A stretch of 32,400 bases of DNA from Alphaproteobacteria bacterium (GCA_027485005.1 JAIXRX010000179.1:1-32400), one strand, 5' to 3'. Positions 14,907 through 24,474 are shown, numbered from the stretch's first letter. The notes: a model not told the origin generated them from the letters alone. Numbers and translations: made by a program.

Positions 14907-17900
14907 CTAAGTCCCGTCAGATGCCTGCACGACTGGATTTTGTAATTTTATTCTAAATAATTGCGACAAAGCTAAAATATGTTGTTTTAGAGCCTCGTCG
15001 CCTGAAACAAATAAATCCTGCATTCTTTCTTTGAAAAATTCTCGAGTTGTCTTGGGTGAAGATTTAAGCCATTTCAGTACGTCATCGGCATTAGCGGTTA
15101 GCCATGTAGCTCCTTCTGCACTGACAAGAAGCGGAATGACAATAGTACGAATAATATCATCTGGCTTTTCTTCAAAGTGTCCATCGTTAATAAACGAAGC
15201 CCCTCCAGCATTCAGTAGAGGTAAATGGTTGGCTGTTCCCTGCAACATTTGGTCGCGAACATTTCTTAGTATAGTTTGACGGCTATTTTCAGAAAGCAGG
15301 GAAGCCGCACCGAACCATCTTTGAATGATAGCCGAGTCGCCGCCTGTTATCATGTCAGGGACGATTGCGGTCATAGCCTCGAATAATGCCTGACCATGTT
15401 CGAAAGTATTCTTTGTTAGTTCTAATAGCTTTCTGGCTATTTGTAGTGGTTCAGCATTGTTTCTAATAGATTGGTTCCATATATCGCTGTTCAGATTCTG
15501 CAATTTGGTAAAAAGAGAATTCCTGGATTGCTCAGAAATGTCTTCATCATTTGACACAATCAAAGCCTCAAAAATCCTTACCGCGTTTTGTTCGAGCGGA
15601 GCGGCTTCAAACTTTTCCCAGAAGGTTTGGTAGCCTGTAATTATATTAAGAAAGGCATCATGCTTTTCGCTATCAATGCATAGAAGGTGCTTGGGCAAAT
15701 TATTGATAATGTCTTCGATAGGCAGCCGCCCCATGTCTTCATCATCTAAGCGTGTTGTGCAGATTGAACGAATAAGAGGTTGTAGACGTTGATTATCATT
15801 TGCTGCCCTGCTCAGAATGGTAAAGTTATCTCGCGAATGGTACTCGTCAAGACAGTCGCTGATAAGGGCGACAATTTCCTTTCTGTCATCCAAGGCAGCT
15901 TCCAAGTTATTAGCTATATTAATTCCCTCGTTCGCGCGTCCTTCACCATTTGTGTTATTGAATGCAGGATTGGTCAGAATGATCAAAGCCAGAATACTGG
16001 CCTCTACCTCAATTGCCATAGCGTTATGAGCTTGAGCGAATTTTTCAAATAGGAAACCTTCATTGGAAAGATTTGTTAAATGTGCTGCAGCTTTCGATTC
16101 TTTTTTGTTGCGCAGTTTGCCAAGCGTTTCCAAGGCTGTTTTTACGCCGGGTTGACCAATAGGAACACTCCTGATTCTTTGTGCGGCCGCTTCTGTATAT
16201 GGTTCTAAAGGCCATGTATCTTTGCACTTTAAAAGGCTGAAAAGCTTCTTCTCTACTGTATCATGCTGATTCTGGTCATCTAACTGACGGCCCAATTCAG
16301 CCATCACCCCTGCTTCATCCTCATGTATAATTTGCTTCATCACATCCGGGCGCTCCTCAAGCAAATATGCCATCTCTGCATAAGCTTGAGTATTTCCGGT
16401 GAATTTTATTTCAGGCATTCTGGATTTTTTAGAGGCTGCGCCATCGAAGATTATTTCGACACAATCACTCCAACTTTGAGCAAACGCCTTATCGTTAAGA
16501 AGGCTGGCCTCTACCTGAGAAAGGCGAGCGGTAAGAGGTTCTATATACTTTTGAACGTCAGCTTCAGCACAGTTTTTAATAAGCGCCTCGATACCTTTTA
16601 CATGGTCAGGCGTAAGCCTCTGCCAATTATTTGGTGCTCCAGCTTGGCGCTTGACTAGCTGCTTCCACACAGATTCCACCCAAGCATCCGCCTCAAACGA
16701 TTGACTGCCGAATAACAGACATGCATTAGCTGTAAATTCTGGTTCTTGGCTCGCACTTTCCAGGACATTTTCAAGAACAATATCGAAGCCCGGTATTACT
16801 GCCCATTTAGTAAACTCATTAACATTCCCATCTTGAATTGCCTTTGTGAGCGGCTCTTTCATTACAAGCTGAAGGCCCTTTTCTTTTTCTACGCCGAAAT
16901 GCAGCCCAGCTACACTTGCTTGCCAGTGTTCATCCAAGGCTGCAATTTCTGAATGATCGGCACTGATAAAATCAGCTACAGATTGCTCAATTTTATTTTT
17001 ATGGATGGCGAAGTATGCCACGGAATAAAAAGATATTTCGTTGCGCCATTGGAGCCATAAAACGGCGATCGAGTTTACCAGCGTATTTATAAGACGCGGC
17101 GTAACTTCGTTCTTTTCAGAAGCAAGGAATTTTTCATAGAATCTACCAACTTCATATTTCCAACTGGATGTGCATTCCTTAGCAAAAACCTCCTGCATTT
17201 GAGTATCCAGGTATTTCTTCCAATCCGAGAATACCGGCGGAGGCACACGGAAAGTGAGGTCGAAGGTTTTATCCATGAATGCCTGGGCCAATCTTTTGGC
17301 TTCATCATTATCTGAATGACCCGCAGCGTACATACGTTGAACCGCATCAGGGTCAATTGGAAGAAGAATGGTTGGTAGAGAAGTATTTATCTCATTTGCA
17401 TTCCTTTCTTCGGCTCCTAGGAAGAAACTACGAATTGTTGCCCATAACTCAACTGCAGCAGCCTCTGGCAGCCTATCCAGGTTATCAACCACAAATATAT
17501 AACGATGCTTGGGGTTTGACACATGCTTCAGCAAATCGCGGAACATGCGCTGGAACTCTATGGTCGTTGTGTCGGGAGAGCGAGTAACGCGATGGTTTAC
17601 ACTTTCTACAGCCCGATTCATAAACAAGGTCAAAATAGATTCCTTGTCGTAAGGTGGCCTATGAGTTGTCCAAAAGCGTTTTGTGAATGGATTACAGAAG
17701 GGGCGGCGACGTAAATAAATCCAGCCTGCAACTAAAGCTGGTGCACAAACAGCTAAGCAGCCCAAAACAAAAGCTGTAACCTCCAATTTCCCCCATACCA
17801 GCTCAATACCTTCTTTATGTTCGCCCGGATTTATCCAAGAAAATCCTAACGGAAGCGATATAGAAAAAACTGTTTCTTTAAGCCAGTCATGGTCAATAAA

Positions 17901-18371
17901 TGGGAAACCTATTGGAACTAGAAACAGCGATAATAAAATCCAACGCCCAGATTTGGTTAAGCTAGGCGTTGTGGTTGTTTGAGTATCCTCAACTTGGCCG
18001 TTAAGTATATTCAAGCGTTGCTTCCAATAATCGTCGTCGGAAAGTCCCAAATAATTGACTAATGTTTCAAGGAATGAGCGACGCGGTGGGTCGCTTTGAT
18101 GCCGCCAGGCATCGTAAATAAAAATATGCGTCTTCTTATCGGTTTCTTTATCTAGCCAATTTTGAATAAGGCGTATTACAGTTGACTTACCGCTACCCCA
18201 TCGACCGACTAAACCAATAACTTTTAGGTCGTCGTGCGTCTGAATTACCGAAGCAACGGCTTTTGCAACACGGTCATGGGTTCCAAACGAATCAGCTTCC
18301 GCGGCAGTATCTTTTATAAATCTTAGTGGAGGCGGCTCATTTTTTTCTGTTACATGCTGAACTTTGCTCAT
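14907..18371 (-). CDS. KAP-family P-loop NTPase with two transmembrane helices inserted in the NTPase domain (Tmn-like)
   Basis: Walker A is VGRWGSGKST (18180-18206). FIYDAWRHQSDPPRRSFL is the KAP signature. Hydrophobic segments lie at about aa 148-165 and 203-225, and Walker B is YIFVVDNLDR. The ATG at 18371 has AGGGAG 6 nt upstream, and the ORF could extend to 18386. The gene is markedly AT-rich. Confidence 0.9.
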   Translation of the reverse strand: MSKVQHVTEKNEPPPLRFIKDTAAEADSFGTHDRVAKAVASVIQTHDDLKVIGLVGRWGSGKSTVIRLIQNWLDKETDKKTHIFIYDAWRHQSDPPRRSFLETLVNYLGLSDDDYWKQRLNILNGQVEDTQTTTTPSLTKSGRWILLSLFLVPIGFPFIDHDWLKETVFSISLPLGFSWINPGEHKEGIELVWGKLEVTAFVLGCLAVCAPALVAGWIYLRRRPFCNPFTKRFWTTHRPPYDKESILTLFMNRAVESVNHRVTRSPDTTTIEFQRMFRDLLKHVSNPKHRYIFVVDNLDRLPEAAAVELWATIRSFFLGAEERNANEINTSLPTILLPIDPDAVQRMYAAGHSDNDEAKRLAQAFMDKTFDLTFRVPPPVFSDWKKYLDTQMQEVFAKECTSSWKYEVGRFYEKFLASEKNEVTPRLINTLVNSIAVLWLQWRNEISFYSVAYFAIHKNKIEQSVADFISADHSEIAALDEHWQASVAGLHFGVEKEKGLQLVMKEPLTKAIQDGNVNEFTKWAVIPGFDIVLENVLESASQEPEFTANACLLFGSQSFEADAWVESVWKQLVKRQAGAPNNWQRLTPDHVKGIEALIKNCAEADVQKYIEPLTARLSQVEASLLNDKAFAQSWSDCVEIIFDGAASKKSRMPEIKFTGNTQAYAEMAYLLEERPDVMKQIIHEDEAGVMAELGRQLDDQNQHDTVEKKLFSLLKCKDTWPLEPYTEAAAQRIRSVPIGQPGVKTALETLGKLRNKKESKAAAHLTNLSNEGFLFEKFAQAHNAMAIEVEASILALIILTNPAFNNTNGEGRANEGINIANNLEAALDDRKEIVALISDCLDEYHSRDNFTILSRAANDNQRLQPLIRSICTTRLDDEDMGRLPIEDIINNLPKHLLCIDSEKHDAFLNIITGYQTFWEKFEAAPLEQNAVRIFEALIVSNDEDISEQSRNSLFTKLQNLNSDIWNQSIRNNAEPLQIARKLLELTKNTFEHGQALFEAMTAIVPDMITGGDSAIIQRWFGAASLLSENSRQTILRNVRDQMLQGTANHLPLLNAGGASFINDGHFEEKPDDIIRTIVIPLLVSAEGATWLTANADDVLKWLKSSPKTTREFFKERMQDLFVSGDEALKQHILALSQLFRIKLQNPVVQASDGT

Positions 18372-18441
18372 GCTTGTCTCCCTCATACCGCATCACCACT
18401 TGCAGCAAACGTTATTTAGCCCCCGATGATTGAAGGCAATG

Positions 18442-19647
18442 TTATTGCTTTCCTAGTAACGACTCTATTTTACCCGTACTTTTGTTATATACGAATTTCA
18501 CGATTGACCCGTCCTTAATTTTCTCCACCGCTTCATCAATCACAAAGCGTGGCACTAGGAACCACTCGCGAGGAACAATTGGATTCCCAAAGCGGTCCTT
18601 AATCTCAATATTTAATCGAGCTGGCTCAAAGAATTTATGTATCAGCTTTTCCAATCTGACTCGATTGATGTTGGAGAGTTCGTATGTGGCAACAACCTCG
18701 ACATCTGCCATAAGAAAGGTCGGGTCTAGCTTAGCATTAGCAATACGCTTACTGATGTCGCTGCCGGTGACGCCGATTTTATGGATAACATCCCGATGTT
18801 CCTTGATGAGGGGGTGATCGGATTTGCTGCGCAAGATGTAGATAGTGCCGCTTTCAATGTCGCCATCCTCTACACTATCCGAGAAGAGTGGGCCTGCAGA
18901 AGGGTCTGTAATGCGGCGCCCCGCGTCATCTTTGTATAATGCACGCTGAAGGGAGCGCATTAGCAAGTCGCTCTCCGTTCCATTATCATAAACTACACGT
19001 AAGCGTGCATCAGTCGCACCATTCGGTGCCTTAATGATTTCACCTACTTCAGCAACGTAGACAATCTGCCCGCCCAATATGAAGAACTCGCCCTTTTCAA
19101 TACCTGCATCTTCTTTGAAGCGACGGCTTTGCCGTATGCCCGTCTTCAAATCTTCCTGCACAGCAAGAAAAAGCGGCTTGAATTTATCAAAATCGAGGCA
19201 TGGCGCGCGCTTAGCAATTTCCTCTGCAGCACGAATCTCAGCGCGAGTTTTTACGTGGGTTAGCTTCGTTATATCATTTTCACCGGCATCCAACACGCCG
19301 AGTTCGGCCAGCAGCGCATCGTCATCTAAATCGTCTGCGATCGGTTCATGGGCACCGGACTGGCCTGTAAGCAAGTTATGTTTATCCATACCGGCGAGGA
19401 CAGCACGGCACTCGCTAGAGGCCCGGATCTGATCGAGTCGGACAGCATAAAGCCGCTCGAAGATATCTTTATCTTCGCCATTGGTTGGCACGCGCCCATG
19501 CTGCTCAAAGAAGCGCTCTATGTCCTCGAAGCCTGCAATAATTCGCTCTTCTCGAGCTGAGCGGCTCGAGGCTTTGCGTTCTTCTACCTCAACACCAAGC
19601 TCGGCAAGCAGCGCATCATCTTCATCGGTAAATTTTGCTTTAGCCAT
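18442..19647 (-). CDS. T5orf172 (MUG113) / GIY-YIG-superfamily nuclease-like protein
   Basis: The C-terminal GTIYILRS...VIHKIGVTGSDISKRI...REWFLVP matches the T5orf172/GIY-YIG pattern (DNA ~18523-18852). The start overlaps the helicase stop by 8 nt (ATGGCTAA). Confidence 0.85.
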   Translation of the reverse strand: MAKAKFTDEDDALLAELGVEVEERKASSRSAREERIIAGFEDIERFFEQHGRVPTNGEDKDIFERLYAVRLDQIRASSECRAVLAGMDKHNLLTGQSGAHEPIADDLDDDALLAELGVLDAGENDITKLTHVKTRAEIRAAEEIAKRAPCLDFDKFKPLFLAVQEDLKTGIRQSRRFKEDAGIEKGEFFILGGQIVYVAEVGEIIKAPNGATDARLRVVYDNGTESDLLMRSLQRALYKDDAGRRITDPSAGPLFSDSVEDGDIESGTIYILRSKSDHPLIKEHRDVIHKIGVTGSDISKRIANAKLDPTFLMADVEVVATYELSNINRVRLEKLIHKFFEPARLNIEIKDRFGNPIVPREWFLVPRFVIDEAVEKIKDGSIVKFVYNKSTGKIESLLGKQ

Positions 19648-21697
19648 TCGCGGCCTCTGCTTTCATGCGCGCCATGAAGGCAATACCTTCGGCCATTTTC
19701 TTTTCCCACGGATCGGGGGATGTAAGCGATGGCAGCCGGCCGCGCTCTAGCTTGAATTTCAGCGCACGTTTCGCCAAATCACGCGCCTCATCCAATGTTA
19801 GGGGCGATTTCTTCCCTGCGATCACTGCCTGCACCTGTTTAAGGCTGTCCTCGGTCATGGCTTTTGCAAGGATGGCATACGCCTCGCCAAATGGGTTAAT
19901 GCGATCAATCAAATCGATATCGAGATCACGTACATCCATCGTGAATTTACGGACACCATCGATCAACGCAGTGTTTCCACCAGGCTGGAGCTCGGCGCCT
20001 GCATTGAGGATTTTCTTCGCCTGTTGGGTAAGATTAAGCGCCGCAACAGCATGCTGGCGAACGGCTTCCTGGTCTTCTTCATCAAGGTCAGGATATTTAT
20101 CCTTCACAATTTTACCCATACGCACTTGGGTCAACTCCTCAGGCACAGCCTCGGAATCGAATAGACCGCGCTCGAGTGCCGTTTTATCCTGCACAAACGC
20201 AGCAATCACCTCGTTCAGGTCTTCTTGGCAAATGCGGGTGGCTTCTTTGCTCTTTGGCTCAACCAATCCTTTAATCTCGATCTGGAATTGGCCTGTTTGT
20301 TGATTGAAGCCGACATTTTCCTTCTTAGGGTCATACCCGCCGGCACCATAATCGAAGCCCTCAATTGGGCCGCTGCCGGTGCTTTTGGGCGTAAAGTTGA
20401 ACTTCGGCGCGAGCACCTGTTCCATCAGCAGACTTGCGGCGATGGCCTTCAAAGTATCATTCACGGCATCCGTGACGGCATCCTCGGCAGCATCGGGCTC
20501 TGCAATGAAGTTGGTGAATCGGGTATGCGTCTTACCCTTCGCATCGCGCGTAGCGCGGCCGATGATCTGAATGATTTCTGTCAGGCTTGAGCGATAGCCG
20601 ACGGTGAGTGCATGCTCGCACCAGATCCAGTCGAACCCTTCCTTCGCCATACCGAGCGCGATGATGATGTCGACGTGATCGCGGTCGTCTTTGTGCGCAG
20701 GGTCTTTCAGCGCAGTAAGCACCTTGGAATGGCGCTCTGGCCCATCATCGACAAGATCGGCCACTTTAAGTAAGCGCCCATCGGGTAGCTCCACCAAATC
20801 AAAGCCCGTAATTGGGTCTTTGCCTTTCCACGAGCCGAGCGCATCCATAATCTCGCTGACCTCGGTGGTCTTGCCGCGCTTGGTGCTCTCGCGCGCATTG
20901 ACGTTGGGAATATGGATGATGGTTTTCAGATCTGGATCAAGCACATCCGCGATCTCGTCAATGTACGAACCGCTGTAGAAATAATAGCCGATATCAAGGC
21001 GCTTGAGATATTCATAGCCATTCAGCTGCTCATAGTAGGTGTAGGTGACTGACTCGAATTTCTCCTCATCCTGCGCTGACAGCACGGGAATGGCATCACC
21101 TCGGAAATAAGACCCGGTCATCGCCACAATATGCGCTTTTTCACGGGCAATGAGCTGCGATATGTTGGCGCCTAGGATGTTATCCTCTGACGCGCTGACA
21201 TGGTGAAATTCATCGACTGCAATCAGGCAATCGTCAAAAACAGCGAGGCCAAAGCGCTCTAGTGCGAAGCGGAAGGTGGCATGAGTGCAGACCAGCACAC
21301 GATCTGCACTTTCCAAAAACGCCTTCACCGAGTTAACCTTGCCGCCGTTATCATCCCCCGGTGCATTACACAGGTTCCATTGCGGCGCCACTTCCCAATC
21401 CGCCCAGAAACCGTACTTGGTGAGCGGCTCATTATTGAAGCTTGAACCGATGGATTTCTCCGGCACCACGATGATGGCTTTCTTGAGGCCTTGATTATGA
21501 AGCTTATCGAGCGCGATAAACATCAGCGCACGGCTTTTGCCCGAGGCTGGCGGGGATTTAATCAGCAGAAACTGCTCGCCACGCTTCTCATATGCGCGCT
21601 CCTGCATCGCACGCATACCCATTTCATTGGCCTTTGTCGAATTGCCGTTGCTCGCATAATTAACGGAAACGGATGGAACGGGTTTTTTCTGTGTCAT
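19640..21697 (-). CDS. SF2 DExH-box helicase (ResIII/type III restriction Res-like motor)
   Basis: Motif I is SPPASGKS (21533-21556), motif II is DEFH (21203-21214), motif III is MTGS and motif VI is QIIGRATR. The start overlaps the methyltransferase stop (ATGA). Confidence 0.9.
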   Translation of the reverse strand: MTQKKPVPSVSVNYASNGNSTKANEMGMRAMQERAYEKRGEQFLLIKSPPASGKSRALMFIALDKLHNQGLKKAIIVVPEKSIGSSFNNEPLTKYGFWADWEVAPQWNLCNAPGDDNGGKVNSVKAFLESADRVLVCTHATFRFALERFGLAVFDDCLIAVDEFHHVSASEDNILGANISQLIAREKAHIVAMTGSYFRGDAIPVLSAQDEEKFESVTYTYYEQLNGYEYLKRLDIGYYFYSGSYIDEIADVLDPDLKTIIHIPNVNARESTKRGKTTEVSEIMDALGSWKGKDPITGFDLVELPDGRLLKVADLVDDGPERHSKVLTALKDPAHKDDRDHVDIIIALGMAKEGFDWIWCEHALTVGYRSSLTEIIQIIGRATRDAKGKTHTRFTNFIAEPDAAEDAVTDAVNDTLKAIAASLLMEQVLAPKFNFTPKSTGSGPIEGFDYGAGGYDPKKENVGFNQQTGQFQIEIKGLVEPKSKEATRICQEDLNEVIAAFVQDKTALERGLFDSEAVPEELTQVRMGKIVKDKYPDLDEEDQEAVRQHAVAALNLTQQAKKILNAGAELQPGGNTALIDGVRKFTMDVRDLDIDLIDRINPFGEAYAILAKAMTEDSLKQVQAVIAGKKSPLTLDEARDLAKRALKFKLERGRLPSLTSPDPWEKKMAEGIAFMARMKAEAANG

Positions 21698-24474
21698 TTT
21701 GCAGCCCTCTTTTTCAGTTCATCCGCCACGGTCGGTTTGGCAGTCATTTTGGTGTAGAGATCAAACAGCTTTTCCAGCCGCTCGGTGTCATTTTTGAAGC
21801 GACGCCCGATATAAATGCGCTCTAGCACTTCGTCGTTGCGCTCGTGCGCGCGTCGAAGGTTTTCGGGCATGTGGTCGGGATCATATAATTCTGCGATGTT
21901 GGCAGGGAAATGCGCCTCCCGAGCCAGCAAAATATCTTCCGCGCATCGTGTAAGGTCAGCTTTATTCTTTTCTGTTAGCGGTGGAATTGGAAATGTATGC
22001 CATCCCATTTTATTAGAGTAGCTTAAGCGCGTTTCTAATTTGCCGCAAATTGCAGTTATCCAGCATAAATGGAGCTTGGATGACAGGATTGCAAAATTCC
22101 AAATATCGCCATCGTACAACGCATATGATTTATTGGTCATTGAGCAGGGGCGCCCAATTAAATCTGGTGTTAAGTATTCCCTATTTTCCGAGCTTACTAA
22201 AGGAACTGCAATCGTCCAATTAATAGCGGAGTTCATTTCTCTAAATTGATGCGGACGATTGGCCATTGATCTTGTGCCAGCGTCACTGCTTGCCAAACGC
22301 ATTTTTTTGACTTCCTCAATTCTTTTTCGAATAGCCTCGATTTTTATAGCTTCTGGCAAATCATCGTCTTCAATCCATATGCACTGACGGGGTAACCCAT
22401 CGATAATTTCTGCAGATCCTAATAATGGTCTCAGCCATTTTTTCTCTTCAAAACTTGATAAGCCAAGAGTTGGAGTCTCATCAATTTCTAAAATTAAATT
22501 TCCACCATCATAAGGGGCATTCCCAAGTGACATAGATGTTAAATCAGATATTGGGTTGACTCGACCCTCTACGATTATCTTGGATCCTGGAATTAAATAG
22601 GGTCCGATAAGGTTTGTAGAAGTCTCTAGTTCTTCTGATTCAGCTCCTACTTGGAATAAACGCTTTCTGCTTGTTTGTTGTTTTGAGAGTCCTGCAATAA
22701 TCACTGTTACGCCAGCATTATTACTTGCCAGGTTTCTCCATTTAAATGATTGATGTGCAAACTTAATATCTAGGTTGAGGTTGTAGAGTAATGGCCAAAG
22801 CACAGGCACATGACCGCCTTGGCAGATCGAGTTTGTACTCACAAATGAAAAATCAGCTTGTGTGTTTTGAGCATATAGGGCCGCTTTCATAAACCAGCCA
22901 CATACATAATCCAATGTTCCACTTCGCTTTGTATAATTATCAAAAACTGCTTTGAGATCCTCTTTCTCAGCTTTGCTTTGGTTTTTTGTGCCCTTATATG
23001 GCGGGTTACCACAGATGTAGGTTTCGCCACCTTCGTTTTCGAAATCAATTTGTGCTTGGTCGAGCGGTGTGCTGAATAAATCATCGCCTTGTAGCTTCAC
23101 GCCCATACCTGTTGGTGGGCAGATGGAAAGCCAATCTAGCCGCAGGGCATTACCACAGGTAATCCAGTTTTGTGCATCCAACGGAAGAAACTCTGCGAGT
23201 GCTTCCTTTTGCCCGCGATAGAGCACATCACACTGGTATTCGGCCATAATCAGCGCAAGGCGGGCCACTTCCGAAGGGAAATCTTTCAGCTCAATCCCTC
23301 GAAAGTTGGTGATGGGGATTTCTGTGCCGAGATGTTCTTCGCCACGCCGTTTGTTAATCTCCGCCTCAATCTCGCGCATTTGCTTGTAAGCAATGACAAG
23401 AAAGTTACCTGAGCCGCATGCTGGATCAAACACTCGAATCTTCGACATGCGCTTGCGTAGGTTGAGTAACATACGTGGGTTGTCGCCGGCTTCTTCCAGC
23501 TTCGCGCGCAGATCATCAAGAAACAGGGGGTTCAGAACCTTCAAGATATTGGGTACGCTCGTGTAGTGCATCCCAAGTGCGCCCCGCTCATCGTCATCGG
23601 TCACGGCCTGGATCATGGATCCGAAAATGTCGGGGTTGATCTGCTTCCAGTCCAAACTACCGACATGTAGCAAATAGGTGCGTGCGATTTTGCTGAAGCG
23701 CGGGGTCTCGGTGCTGCCCGAGAAGAGACCGCCGTTTACATATGGGAAGGTATCAGCCCAGCGCGGCAGTTTCGCCGTGGCACGATCCTTAATGGCGGTA
23801 TTCATCGCACGGAAGATTTCGCTAATAACCTCATGAGTGTTTGAGGAATCGCGCTCAGTCATCTGGTCGACCGTGGCCGTAAACAGGTTGCCGCTATTAA
23901 AAATACCAGTGTCTTCTGCATAGAAGCAGAAAATAAGCCGCGCCATGAAGTGGTTCATATCATGGCGTCGATCGGCCTTCCCCCACTCTGGGTTATCTTG
24001 TAGTAGCTGAATGTAGAGCTTGTTCAGGCGGCTTGTGGCGCGGATGTCGAAAGAGCTCTCGCGGATTTGCTTGACGGTGGTGATGCCTGCCAGTGAAAGG
24101 AAGAAGCCGAAGTGGTTCGGGAAATCCTCGTAGTCACAGGCAACGGTTTCGCCGGTGCCCATGTCCTCGGCCTGGAAATCCTGGCCATCGGTAGCTAGGA
24201 TAAATTTGGCTTTGTGTTTTACTGTAGCTGGGCTGCTTCTCAGCTTCTCCAGCATGTGGGACACATCACCCGCGGCGCAGGCTACCATGTGGATATTGCT
24301 TGGCTGAAGAACGGCGCCCGACAAATCAGTTTTATTCGAGTGCCCGGAGCGGAGCTTTTTGATTACTGTTGGCTTGTTACCGAAGGCTTCTAAAAACGCG
24401 TAAGGAAACTCTGCCGGATCAAAGGGTTGTTCGGCTAATTTTGATATTTCTTCTTCGATTTCTACTGCGTTCAA
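21694..24474 (-). CDS. MmeI/PglX-architecture N6-adenine DNA methyltransferase with C-terminal target-recognition domain; no nuclease motif seen
   Basis: Motif I is VFDPACGSGNFLV (23407-23430) and motif IV is NPPY (22996-23007). The helical spacer block LIFCFYAEDTGIF...FPYVNGGLF...LDWKQINPDIFGSMIQ is typical of MmeI-family enzymes. TTG start at 24474. Confidence 0.9.
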   Translation of the reverse strand: MNAVEIEEEISKLAEQPFDPAEFPYAFLEAFGNKPTVIKKLRSGHSNKTDLSGAVLQPSNIHMVACAAGDVSHMLEKLRSSPATVKHKAKFILATDGQDFQAEDMGTGETVACDYEDFPNHFGFFLSLAGITTVKQIRESSFDIRATSRLNKLYIQLLQDNPEWGKADRRHDMNHFMARLIFCFYAEDTGIFNSGNLFTATVDQMTERDSSNTHEVISEIFRAMNTAIKDRATAKLPRWADTFPYVNGGLFSGSTETPRFSKIARTYLLHVGSLDWKQINPDIFGSMIQAVTDDDERGALGMHYTSVPNILKVLNPLFLDDLRAKLEEAGDNPRMLLNLRKRMSKIRVFDPACGSGNFLVIAYKQMREIEAEINKRRGEEHLGTEIPITNFRGIELKDFPSEVARLALIMAEYQCDVLYRGQKEALAEFLPLDAQNWITCGNALRLDWLSICPPTGMGVKLQGDDLFSTPLDQAQIDFENEGGETYICGNPPYKGTKNQSKAEKEDLKAVFDNYTKRSGTLDYVCGWFMKAALYAQNTQADFSFVSTNSICQGGHVPVLWPLLYNLNLDIKFAHQSFKWRNLASNNAGVTVIIAGLSKQQTSRKRLFQVGAESEELETSTNLIGPYLIPGSKIIVEGRVNPISDLTSMSLGNAPYDGGNLILEIDETPTLGLSSFEEKKWLRPLLGSAEIIDGLPRQCIWIEDDDLPEAIKIEAIRKRIEEVKKMRLASSDAGTRSMANRPHQFREMNSAINWTIAVPLVSSENREYLTPDLIGRPCSMTNKSYALYDGDIWNFAILSSKLHLCWITAICGKLETRLSYSNKMGWHTFPIPPLTEKNKADLTRCAEDILLAREAHFPANIAELYDPDHMPENLRRAHERNDEVLERIYIGRRFKNDTERLEKLFDLYTKMTAKPTVADELKKRAAK

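Noticed and set aside
22303-22309. Homopolymer tracts (A7/T7 in the methylase gene; C6 at about 10604-10609 in the SD region of the HEPN-like gene) as phase-variation switches.
   Set aside because: The tracts are too short for efficient slipped-strand mispairing. No longer simple-sequence repeats were seen in any defence gene.
14907-24474. Classifying the methylase cluster as BREX, DISARM or a classical Type I/III RM system.
   Set aside because: There is no PglZ, BrxA/B/C/L, DrmA/B/C, HsdS/HsdR or Mod/Res pairing. The methylase carries its own TRD, and the helicase lacks a fused nuclease.
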